A stretch of 64,000 nt of DNA, from positions 25,544,001 through 25,608,000 of the forward strand of contig OZ281495.1 in assembly GCA_965637545.1 (NCBI GenBank). The letters are read 5' to 3'. The notes under the pieces are model-generated. The model did no database searches and was not told the DNA's origin. It saw nothing but the letters and a program-made list of their open reading frames with translations. The translations under genes were made by a program, and so were the position numbers. The stretch comes from Phallusia mammillata. Lineage: Eukaryota. Of the stretch, positions 1-12,143 are shown piece by piece (positions within the stretch are counted from its first letter, which is position 1; every line of letters starts with the position of its first letter).

Positions 1-1495
1 TGACTGCATTGCATTCCGGTAGCGTAATCAGTGCCTCCGGTGCAATCAAACCAAAGGACTTGGTCGTAAGATTACAACGCGGTTTATCAACGGTACTTTA
101 CCGTCCCGACAGTTCAAAAAGAGACAGCACAGTGTTGGAAGGTAAAAAACACAGCAATGGACTAAGATTAGATTGTGGCGATGGCAGCTGAAGTACAACA
201 TGTTAAAGTTGACTGCTCTTGGGACTAGCGAAACTGGTTGTCATAAACGCCCTCTGCAATCACGTTCGCTTGGGCTTAAGCAAACGTACTTACAACCCAA
301 GTCGCTGCAAACAATGTCCTGAATGCGAAACCCAGCTGCTACAGGACAATGCGCGTTAATGCGCACTCCGTTTGTTGCGCAACGTAGCGCTAGAAGATAA
401 ATCCTATGTATAATAGATGAGTACAAATACCTAACCCCAAGGGAATAGACAACACCGCCCAATTGCCGTTGATGCAGCCTTTGAGACGAGGCGTTTGTCC
501 AGACTATTATGTATAAACACGCGCTATTGTTGATTCACAGATTCTGAGGTATTAATAGGGCTGTCGTTGATTTAGTGCTGAATAAATGCTCCTTAATGTG
601 CGAAAGCAAACACCGCTTAGTGCAACTGTGAGGAAAATCCGGTTTATAGAAGTTCAACATGAGGAAATCACTAACCCAGGGAAAAACAACTCGGCCTTCG
701 TTGGTGCAAAATGTGATGAAAACGACTGTTGGAATAATGTTGAACGTTACACCACCAATGGAAGATGGTATGTTATCTTTGATATCATCTAATAAGAAAT
801 AAAAAAGTTGCTTTTCTCTTTTATTCAATGTTTCAAGCACCCTGTATAAGCTATTACCTTTAAGTTTTGCTTTTGTGCCATTTGTGTTAATTTCGTGCAT
901 TTTTTCATATTTTAAGTATGTGATTAAATAGTACGAGTTTAAAAAATTTGACTGTTTTGGGACAGATAAAAGTCTAGAACGCAATGGATTCGAAAAGACA
1001 TTTGAGACAGTTGTGTTTTAAAAAATGCGAAAAACATATCAATTGTAAATCGTTTTTGTCATTCATGAAGTGTTTTGTAATTCCTCACAAATCATTGCTG
1101 ATATTCAGCAAGTTGCAGTTTCTCTGCAAATAGAGGTCATTGTACTCCATAACGATTTAGTACAATCGAATTATGACGCTTTCGTAAGCACGTGGCGTAA
1201 ATCTGGATAATGGACGTTAATGTTTTGTCGGATATCGATTGTCGCACCAACATCAAACTCTTATTGATTGCAGAACAGAAGCAGTGATTGATAAGATAAA
1301 AATGTTTTTTTACAACAAAACATATTCTTACTTCCTTGACCAAAATATAAAAAGCTGTTAGTCGATTAGCTAAACACAAACTGTGGACAAATAGATAGTT
1401 AATGTGCCCTGTTTCAAGCTATTGACTGTCTACAGTAGGGTTGCCATATTTATGATGCACAATCCCTGACAAAATTTATCTTGGTTGCGTTAACC

Positions 1496-1839
1496 CAGTT
1501 TTTCTCAGACATTTTCGGTCCCTTTGTATTATTTCGAGGGCTCGCGGTCAGTAAGCCTGAATGTGTATTTCGGAAAAGCGAAAGTTGGTTGAGGATTTTA
1601 GCCAGTTATGCAAAATTGTGCATAACAATAATCCAAATCTGACATCACAGACAAGATAAAAAGTAATACAATTGTGCGCGAACAATTGCATTTTTGTTGG
1701 TTGTCATGCAATAAAGCCTATTGTTTAGCAATGGAGACGGTCGATTCTCACTTTCACTTTGATATAGAATTACTTCCGCCTTTTCGTGGTCCCCGCAAAA
1801 TGCCCTAAAGGACCGCGGACCCCAGTTTGAGAACCGCTG
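1496..1839. mobile_element. hAT (Charlie/Buster-like) MITE nested inside the 1436-2425 element
   Basis: Degenerate left TIR CAGTTTTTCTCAGAC and right TIR GTTTGAGAACCGCTG; exact 8-bp TSD CGTTAACC at 1488-1495 and 1840-1847; end sequence resembles the 38408-38766 element. Confidence 0.8.
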
Positions 1840-2044
1840 CGTTAACCATTTTTTGCGATCTAAACACTTCTATTCCGGAATAAATTTAGAATATTCGGAA
1901 GTCACACGGACGGCGACACGAGAAAACGTTAGATATGGTACTCTGATCCTTGACAACTAACTTTCTGTGTATGCTTCAGTTTAGTTAAGTTTATTAGGCC
2001 AAGGTCACTACTCTTACTATCTTTGAAACAATAAGCACATATAT

Positions 2045-2125
2045 CAGGGGTCGCCAACCTTTACCACTCTAAAAAACATTCAGACTAATTTCACACATAA
2101 AAAAACAAAAACAGAGGGAGCCACA
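2045..2125. mobile_element. Solo hAT-like terminus (fragment)
   Basis: CAGGGGTCGCCAACCTTT resembles the right TIR of the 51909-52127 element; no matching opposite end found. Confidence 0.4.
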
Positions 2126-5100
2126 AAGACCTTACAGGTATTGTTACAGTAACAAACAGGTATTGTTACGCGCGCAAACACACTGCAAAACGAAACAGTA
2201 ACCTTGTACGTTAACTTGCGCGCCGCCAGTTTACCTCTTTACGTTCCATGGTAGACGCGGTTGTAGCAAAATACTAGAAACTTTCTCCGTTGGTAGATTA
2301 ATTTCGTAGTGTATATATTCTTAAATTCCTGACTTTTAAGTACATTTTAACATTTCTCCCTGACGCAGATTTAAACACTAAATTCCCTGATATGTCAGGG
2401 AAATTCCTGACGTATGGCAACCCTAGTCTACAGGTGATTGAGCTCTAATTACCAATCACTATTCATAGGCATGGTTTAGCGGCATTTTTATCGATAATGT
2501 CTTTGTTTTGCATGTAAAAATTCATTGTGTCATAACTTCTAGACTAGAGTTTTACATTACATTAAAAACGTATTAGGGGTGGATCTGGGGCGTGGTCGCA
2601 GAGTTTTCGGAGACTCAACCCCATTAACATTAAAAAATAGCAATTTTGAAAAATAACAGGCCAGGAAAACAAACATTATGTCAGATATTAGTTTTGTAAA
2701 GTGTTTGTTTTTTTAAGTTGTGCCATTTAGGTACAGTGCTAAAACGGTACTAAAACTAACTGCAACTGTTGGAAAGCAAGCATTTTACTTGGAATTTATA
2801 TATATTTCAAGCAAGGAATTTATATATATTTCAGCGAGACTAAAACCAAATCAATAGCTTCGCCTAAACCTGCCAAACGTCTAAATGATTTTACACTCCC
2901 AGATGTTGGTAAACTGTTGAAAGTGCTTTGCCGTTCTTCAATTTTGACATGCTAGCCGTTTTTGCATGTTGTGTTAGAATGTTTTTTGTTTTCCGTTTCA
3001 AGTCTCTCTGTTTTCGATTTTTACGGACGTAATTTATACATAAGGCTGGTTTGAAGTGACGTTACATTTGGCTGACAATTTTTCAATATATACAGCTTCC
3101 GGTGGCAGGCCACATATCCGCTACGTCACGTCTCGTAGCAGCTCCTTGCCGCCAAGTTCTTCGGTCACGTCATGTTTTGATGTCACGATTAAAAGGAAAC
3201 TTAGCACCGTATGATGTAGTGTACATTCCCCTTCCCATTTCAGCACTAGCCCTTGAAAATGTTTCCCATTTTAGCCACAGACCTCGAAATGTTTTGTTTA
3301 ACACAGCAAAGTTTTTGAGGTCTTATGTGGTTGGCAGAACCGAGATTTCTGGCCACACTGACGGTATGGGTTGCTACTTACTGCAGGTAATGTGAAAAAC
3401 CATACCATCACCTTACACGCTTACCCCAAGTACACCGTTTTTAAACTAATCTCATAACCATTCCACATTCCAACCCGTTTTGGCTTCAGCTGTATAGGTT
3501 GCCTTACGTAGATTTTGCGGTGAAAATTGGAAAACACATCAGTTGGTCGTTCACACACTTTAAACCGTTATCAAACATCGACGATAAGTGCTGCCCACGA
3601 CGCATGAGAAACTACAGTTTCTTGCAAGAATCAGCAGCAATTTCCTCATGCCAAGAAGACGAGGTGCAAGGCGTGAAAAATACAAGCACGCTCGCGCAGC
3701 ACACACACACACAAACATGCACGTTTGTAACCAGCGCTAATTTCGAGTACAAACTTATAAACTGATTGTGATTCACAGTGGACAGCATCAAAACGTCACA
3801 ACTATTATCACAGCAACCTGTTGCCTTTGTTTGTCGACTATGTTGCTCCGCATAACACACGCTCATCGAACAGGTGACGTTTCTTCCGGTTGTCTCAAGC
3901 TATTAACACTGCAGGTATTAGATAAAAAGTATGGCAAGAAACAGTGTCGCCTTGCGTCTATGTAGGACAGTTAGTTGAGACTGTAGTGGAAAAATGAGTA
4001 AGTACAATGATGCACATGAGTAAGTTGGCAGTTATAAGGTATAGTTCAAAAATTGAAAGGTTTCAGGTGATAAATGTGCTTAGTTATGTTGAAAGAAAAC
4101 ACCCCAAATTGAGAGTGTTCTGTTAGTAACTCAATCTTGTGTTGTGATTTTCGAGCATCAACTAAGAAACAGACGAAGGCATTCAGGCTGCATTGTTTTG
4201 AGTTTACCCATAGTCACCTTTCTGTTATTGATCACACACAGGGACACTTGCGGATGTTCAAAGAGTTCAAATTTTATTATTTACACATGCAAGACCCGTT
4301 AATTACGGCTACAGGCCATAACAGACGAGCTAGATGTAGGTAACCCAAACATAACTTATCAAAGTGGACTTTCAACGCATTAAGACACTTCCGCCCATGT
4401 TATGCACGGTGGGCGAAACCCCTCACAAGATGAGCTATGGCGTGAGGGTGATGTCATGGCAAAACCGAGAAAAACCCCGTGTCTTTATATAATCTAGTAT
4501 AGACTGCTTCAGTTAAGTTGTGAATACTGGACAGGAGACAGCTTGAGGTGGCTAGAGAAAGATTTGAGTTGAATAATTGCTTTGTTTAATCGTGTTGTGG
4601 CTGCCCAGCATTCCGGCTGATCGCATCATTATATTTGGTGAAACATTAGCAACGGAAACGCACAACCTCGTGCCAGAAAAACATTATCGAATCACTCAGC
4701 TGTCTAGAATACAGTCCTGATAACATCAGCACATAAGCTAACATGTTTTTTTTTAATTATAACCGAAGTGAATTGTTGGTTTTCAGCCAGTTAAAATGTC
4801 TTCTTGAAAACAGAGAAGTTTTCAATTTAGTTACTGTAACATGGAACTCTTGAGTTTATTTTTTTGATACTAGCGAAGGGTGTTGGGTGGAAAATAATAC
4901 ACACTTTGCCAATTACGTCATAGTGACGTAGGTAACGTAACGAGCGAGCTACGGCGTGGATGTGGGCGCCCTGACCTCACTTCCTATTGTTGATAGACCC
5001 AGCGAGTTCATGCTTTAATTGATTTGCGTGCAGTTGGCAAAGTTGGCCCGTTTATTGTTTGGTTCTCTTATGGGCGCGTTGCGTATACGCAATGACTATC

Positions 5101-5534
5101 AGGCCAGGACGGATATGACGTGTTAGCAGGTGTTTGAGTTGGCGTATGTGATACGCCTGGCTATATGCTGTGTTTTGGATGATGTTCGTATGTGCAAGTA
5201 AATTAAGGACAGTTAGCTATGTAAAAATGAGACAGTTTTTTTTTTTATGTGGAAAAGTTGTTTGTCAGCTTTATGTGTGTGGTCTTGGCATACCGAACAA
5301 TTTAAAATACGGAAGTAAGTGGCTTTTTTGTAACGAAACTAAACTCCTATTGATTGGATTTTTAGGCCCACACAATGTGTTATTATGAAACTACATGCGA
5401 CCTTATGAGGTTTTACCTAAAACATCATTGTTGTATAACGTTGTTCACAGCAACGTGATCGGTGCTGATTCTTAGAGCGCTTTTACGCTGTAAAGTGATA
5501 TTTATTGGATATACCTGCCTACCTCGACTGAAGA

Positions 5535-8500
5535 ATGATAGAAGACCAGAGTTACTATAGACCAGGAGCGACCAAGAGTCGATCACCAGGATATGCTTCA
5601 AAGAGCCAGGGCGCTCATGAGCTGACAAGGAGAGCGACAACGGCTTCCCGCATCACCTCAACTAGCCAACCTTCAAGTCCCGCAATAGCTCGGAGTCGGT
5701 TGAGCGAACGACATCACACAATGTCAAACATCCGACCTCCACATGTAAACGATCTCGCTTTGAGCCAGGCGAGGGCGAACGCTGGCGACGACGAAGAAAT
5801 ATACGTCGATATGACCGTTAAGCAATCAAGATCAACTCCGCAACGCTCTAACACGGTATCATCGTCATCGCGTTATATGCCGTCACCGCGAAGTAGTCCT
5901 GGACCAACTCATCGTGGCGAAATTAGCCGCATCGATGAGAGGCATGCTAAAGGTGCTGACTACGTTCCATCGTACATAACGCCTCGTCAACGCCTAAACA
6001 GCGATGAGGAAGACTACGCAGATATGACAGGCGCCAGTAGCGGCAACAATAGTCCCATGATTTCTCACCGTAGCAGTCCGGTCAACTCCAGCATGCGTCC
6101 GCGTGTTGTGAAAAGCGGTAGTTTCAGAATGCCACCACGACGGTCAACTGATGGCTCACCGCGAACCACTGTAAATGGACAGTTTGATTTCAAACAGGTT
6201 TCTGAGCCAGATAACTCACGTATAACTTCTCCGAGGATTCCGAAAGGTTTGATTAAAGAAGGAAGCTTCCACAAGGACGATGATGATGATTACGAAGATG
6301 ATTTTGGCGATTACACTGAAATGTCACCGACGCCAGTGCACAATGCTCAGCGTCCACCCATACCGCAGCATCTGCCTTGTGTGGAAGTTAGGCCAGCGAC
6401 ACCGACTAAACTCTTTCAGTCCATGTCGTTGTCTAATGTTGCTTCCGCCATTCCGTCTAAGCGTTTCGGGTTTTCCGACTCGAGCGAAGATGAAACGTCC
6501 GGTGAAGAAGAGAAAAGAAAAAAAGGAAACTCGAATCTCAATTATCGCAGCAAGTCCCTAAACGCGTTTAACGAAAACCCAAACTCGGTTGTAAGACCAC
6601 AACAGAACAACAAAGACAAACAGCAATCACCAACCGATGCTGGAAAAGCGGCTAGAAAGTATTTGCAGCACGGTGACACTATGCTTTCTCCGGTTAAAAG
6701 ACACTCTTCGTTCGGGCTTGCTCGTTCATCGTCGAGAGCTGGAAAACAAGGCGGGGTTGTCTCGCGAATCACCAAAGTGCGGCAAAACAATTCCGCCAAA
6801 AATCTACGCGACTACGACGATTCCGACTCTGATCTGGAAGATGTCCCGGATGTTCCTGCGCGAGGGACAAAGCTCCAGCGCACCACCAGCTGCTTGAGTA
6901 AGCCTTCTCTGGGCGAGTTTGAGAGAAGGAAGAGTAAGACTTTGGCGGAACAAGCTCCGTTTGACTTGGACATTACGGATGAAGACGGGAATATATTGCT
7001 TCCTGATGGGGCCATGGCTGGGAAACAGCAGCTTGACGGCTCGTTGTTGATGAAACTGTTGGCTAACGACGGGCGAACACGGTCCCTGGATAAAAAATAC
7101 TTGGAATGGCTCGCAAAGACCTCGCCATACGCTTCAAGGACTTCGTCTACGTCTTCGAGAAAACCACGTAGTAAAGCGAACAGCACAAAAGACCTAAAGT
7201 CACCAGTCAGCTCCGATGACGATTATGAGGCTGTGGAAGACGACGAGGCCTTTGAAAAGTTTACAAAAGTCATCCAGGGCGGCTACAACCACCAGGCTGC
7301 TGCCAAATTGAAATCCCCGGATAAAGCTCCCAGCATGTCGTTGGCTAGCTTTGCTGAACAACATTCGCAAATGCAAAAACAATCCTTTGAATCTCTCGAG
7401 CGGGTGAAGTCGAAGGATCCTGAAAGCGTGAAGCAGGAAATCGCAGAAATAAAACGGTCAATGACTTTGAAACCTCTGCCTCCTGCTGAGAACGCCGAAT
7501 TTTCGGACCTGGCACAAGCGTTTTATGAAGATTTTCACAAAAAAGATAAGAAAGCAAAAAAGTCAGATAAGAAAGCTGACAAAAAGCAAAAAGAAGGTAA
7601 AAAGCATAAGGACAGAAGCCTACGCAAAAGTTTTAGATTTGGGAGTAAAAAGAAACTGACCATGTCAACCCCTGAGCTCAATCATCAAGCAAAACAAGAT
7701 AGCCTTCGATCCCCCACACAGGAAGAACTAAACAGCGGTCCACAGGGAATGCCAAGCTTGAAGCCTCCGTTAGGTTTGTCTCCCAACCACGGGAAGAAAG
7801 GTTTGAGCCGGGAGAGAGCTGCATCCTCTTCAAACTCTTTGAAGCGATCCGAGAAAAAACACGACTACAAGGATAGCTGGAACAAGACGCGAACGTTAGA
7901 ACGAGGCATGTTCCCATCCAATCTTTCCTCATCTACCAATTTTAACAGCACGGACAACAAAGAGCTTACTGTCACGGATATTAGCTGGGAAAGCAACCTG
8001 AAGAGCATGGGCAAGTCCACTATGTCGAAATCAGGGACTCTGGGTCGTTTGTTCAGCAAGCGCGTAAAGGAACGCAAAGGCCTTGATGTAACGGATTCTG
8101 GAAGCAGAGTTTTCAGTCCGGAATGCAGTGACAGTTACGACAGCGATGGAAAAAGTGGGACGCTAGAACGATCAGGACCTGTGGAAGTCGACCTTACTCC
8201 GTCTCAGCGCTACTTCAAGCTGTGCAACATCTCCAAGGGTTTAGTGATGAAGCACGACGGCCCCGATAGCAGCGAGGGAATTGATATTGCATTTTTACAA
8301 AGGAGCAAGTCTGGGTCAAAAAAGCCAGCCCACTTTAACAAATACGCCACAATCACTGGAATCTATTCCGCACAGCAACAAAGCAGCCCGAAAAAGCTGA
8401 GTCGACACTTAAGTGCCGAACAGACTGGAAAACAGATCGAAACAAGTACTGAAGACGACTCTCGCCGCTCGAAGCGCACCAGAGCAAGTCTGCGCGGCCT

Positions 8501-9255
8501 TAGTAACTCCTTAGCAAGGAACACTAAATCATCAGGTTGTTTTCGGCGACATAATGCTTCTTGTTAATTTTTTTCGTTGCCATGACTTTGTGTTGCATTA
8601 AGAACCCTAGTTTCTATAACTGCCAAGTTGGATTTAGTTTTTAACTTCTTGGGTGATATATATATACAACCAAGATTAAGGCATGTTGAAGTATTGTATC
8701 CTCTTATATGTCTTGCAACAGAAACCTTCGGCTTTAAACACTTCATTGTAAGTGACTTCAGTCCTTTTTTAAATTAAGTTAAATCCCAGCATTTTTTGTA
8801 TCCTTGCGTTATTTATATTCTACCAGCTGCCCTAACTCTAGCGCATATTTTCATCTCACAGAAAAACCTATTTTGATTTTTACCGCCTATTTCTTTTTGC
8901 AGCTTTGAAGAATTTCGCCATCGGAGAAACGGATGAGGCCAACGACTACGTACTTAGGCAAGAAGTCGAAGCACAAAAGGTGAAGTCCTAAAATTTTTAT
9001 TTTGCTTTTTATTACGCCAATGGGACATTTGCACAATCAGTTTAGTAACACGGTTTTAGAAACAAGACAAAACATTACGAATTTCCCTTAGAGATAATAT
9101 AATTAGGATGTTCGCGTTTTCGTGTGAAAGTTATTTTGGGAAACGCAACGCCCTAAGCAAAATCACCGACCGTAAACATTGACGTCATTCACACGTTTCG
9201 CTTCAAGTTGCAGTCTGATGAAAAAGCGTCATCGGAAATATCGGTTATCCCTTGA
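5535..9255 (+). CDS. Orphan, largely disordered Ser/Lys/Asp-rich protein (about 1040 aa) with three YxxM motifs; giant first coding exon
   Basis: A 3-kb stop-free ORF (5535-8567) in AT-rich DNA is not chance. Tentative splicing: 5535-8535 (phase 1), 8903-8979 (ALKNFAIGETDEANDYVLRQEVEAQK, phase 0), 9214-9255 (SDEKASSEISVIP*). The large exon is secure; the 3' exons are uncertain; no recognisable folded domain. Confidence 0.7.
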
Positions 9256-12143
9256 CGTGCGTAAATTTCGAGGCTTGCCTTAAAACTATCCATTGCGCTT
9301 TCAATCCCGTGTTCAATTTCGTAGGCACGCGAGTCCAGTGTTTCACTAATCATTATAGGACAAGAAAGGAAACGTCCTTCACATTTGGCCTGTTCGGTAG
9401 ACCTAAGTTCCCTGTTTTGAAGTTTCCTTTGTTCGTGCATGGGATGCGTGTTTTCCACAGGTGAGGGCTAACAACAGGTTATTGGTGTTGGTGTCATAGT
9501 CAGTAAGGCGAAAACGCTGATCGTCGGTGGTTAGATTTTCTCTTATTATTCGCCTCAGTCCAAGGGCGAATTGAGGCTGGTTTCGGCCGTAATTGCGTAC
9601 AATCTTGGTTGGTGTTCGTCAAGCCCCGCAAACAACTGATTTGTGATGTAGGCGCAGTAGCGTCATAGTAAATATTTATTTTCTCTTCGGCAAGCAAGTG
9701 TACAAACCCATCGGACGATGTTGGCCAGAGAACATTATCCCAACAGCAAATAGCTGATGCTAGAAATCAGGCCGTGTGGAAAGTTATAAAACCGTAAAGA
9801 TTGTCGGCGCTTGTTTGCCAACAGTGGTCGTGTCCTTACCGATGGGCTGTAAAATGAACGAAGTTTAATGTCGTAAAGTTTATGCGTTTCAGCACAAGTA
9901 TAGCGGGAAATGTTTTCAACGTAGGAAATTTAGTTGCCAAGTGCAGGTGCGTTAGGAATCCACGCAATGTCAGTTTACGATTGTAAGGTCGTCAGTTGAG
10001 ACAATTTCCCGGTAATGCGATCCGGTTTAGCTGGCGGCCGATGCTAATCACTATATTTGTTGCAAGACCGCGGCTTTGATTTGATGTCGCCAAATTACAA
10101 CTTGGCCTACAGTCCTGCAGACAGTTACAATCTGTTTTCGCTGATTTGCCTCGGGATAGGCTTCACAATCAGCAAAACAGGCAATATGTTTCAGCCTAAA
10201 TACTGTCTTTAGTGTTTTAGTGCTGTCCTAGCTTCCCTACGATAGATTGCGGATATAAGGGGTGAAAGATACAACAGGCGCTGATTTGTTGTCACGATTT
10301 GTATTAACTACGTGCATACTGAGGTCACTTACGGTCATTTCAGAAGCATTATGACGACATGTTACGTCACAATATCGGTAGTTAGAAGCAGGTCGTTGCT
10401 AGAGCGCCACTGTCGACCTTTGAAATGTCACATATTGTTGTAGTTGTTCTCTACACGGAGTGTAACATAACAACGCATGACGTAAACTTTCACTAAATGT
10501 CCGAGGTATATATGATTGGAGGTAATGTTACGCTGTCACTATAGCAGTGTTAAAAGGGTTTACTGATGCCATACAGACATTGTTTGTAGGATGATTGATG
10601 TGACACATTCAATTCGTTACCATTTTCTAGCTGGAATATTGTATCTTACTGTCTCCAAGACACGTGCGATAGCTCCTCTGGTTTAAGCAGAACTCTAAAT
10701 AAAAAAGCATTTTAGGACAGTGGGATACAAAACGATTAGGCTTCGCCACTACACTCCCAAATTTAGGGGGTTTAAACACGAAAATGTAATATCCGACTTT
10801 ATCATGTCCCGACAAACAACTGCTTCGCCTCGGGTCGCCTGTATATTGCTTCGTGGCCAGGGTTTGTTTGGTAATTGCGGCTTTCGCTGAGATTGTGCCA
10901 TGCAGGCACGACGTCTATGCCATATCACTGTTGCATTAGCAACATCAGGCACAGTCTTGTATTCGTGCGACCAGAAGGTTTTGTTTGTTAAACCGTATTG
11001 CAACGTTTCAGCATGTCGAAACTTGTGAACATGTGTTTACAGACGCTTATGAACTGTTTTTCAGTGAACACCCAACGAATTATTGTTTGTTTTTGCAGAA
11101 GTAGTTTTTTTACAGCCATGCGCCACTTTGTGGCAAGTTTCAGTTGTTATCTTACGTTACCTTGACCACTCGTTAAGTTCCGTGTGCCACTTGTCATTGA
11201 AAAGTGTATAATGGTGCTAACTCGGATAATTCGATTGCTAAGTGAGCGTTTGAGCAGTAATCGCGAGACCCTTCCGGGTTACGACGGCGATGATCAAGTG
11301 AAAATTCTCAAATGGGTACGTGATCGTGTCATTGAAATAAACAACTTTACAAAAGGGTTTTGTTCTTTTCAGGCTGTTAAATTGGTTTGCTGATGTAACC
11401 AGTTTGGCTAAGTGAATTATTAAACCCCACGTGCTGGCTCAGGTGGTAACTAAACGCGAATATTTTGTTATTCTGACGTTTCGCTGAGTACTAATTTCAT
11501 CATGAGTAATTTTATTCTGTTAATTTATATTATAAAATATTTTGGGCGAAATAATTGTGAAAATTTAATTTAAGTGTATTTCACGTAAAATGCATCTATA
11601 GCCCTTATCAATTGCCCGTTATGAAAAGACAAAACAGTATGACTTTGTAACACACTTTACGCCCAAAACTATATTAACTTACGAGTAGACGTGTTTTATA
11701 CCCGTACTTAATTTTTGGTTGTTGACCTCGTAACCTTAAGACTAACGTTGGGTTATTATGCCTTAAAAACGAACGTGCACAACATTCCACAAAAAATCCA
11801 AACAAAACGGGACTTTCATATTTCACTTCTGCCAAGATGTTGAAAACGCGAATTGTAGAGACAGATACAAATTGCTTCCTGACGTCAGAGATCCAATCAC
11901 GACCGGATGTCGCAGGCGAAAAAAGCGAGTTTAACCCTAGGCATCCACTACCATGACATTTGCCAGTGTGTACAACGTAACTAAAAGCAAAAAATTAAGA
12001 TCTGAGTAACAGACTGTTGAGGTTATTTTCGTCTGAGAATTTGAACTTTGCGGTCAAAGGTTGAAGTTACGGCCAAGAGGGGCGTTAGGGCAAAATAAAC
12101 AAGTTGTTATACGCTCGACAATATGTCGTTGGGAAGAATTAGA

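Larger units (their letters stand above)
1436..2425. mobile_element. Non-autonomous hAT-type element (MITE) hosting nested insertions
   Basis: TIRs TAGGGTTGCCATA (1436) and TATGGCAACCCTA (ends 2425); exact 8-bp TSD GTCTACAG at 1428-1435 and 2426-2433; subterminal TCCCTGA-like repeats; no transposase ORF. Confidence 0.9.

Noticed and set aside
9-984. ORFs 9-191, 241-462 and 535-984, and a possible minus-strand exon pair (ALRCATNGVRINAHCP...IVCSDLG/FSLVP) vaguely like an LRR N-cap
   Set aside because: No phase-consistent chain continuing into leucine-rich repeats and no recognisable family; cannot be supported.
9189-9458. Minus-strand ORF with a helical-looking segment and acceptor-like site, suggesting a nested antisense gene
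   Set aside because: Could not link it to other minus-strand exons (e.g. 10648-10692) in a consistent phase; no homology recognised.
11184-11393. VPLVIEKCI resembles the start of a RhoGAP domain
   Set aside because: The catalytic EGIYR..G motif does not follow and no further RhoGAP exons were found.
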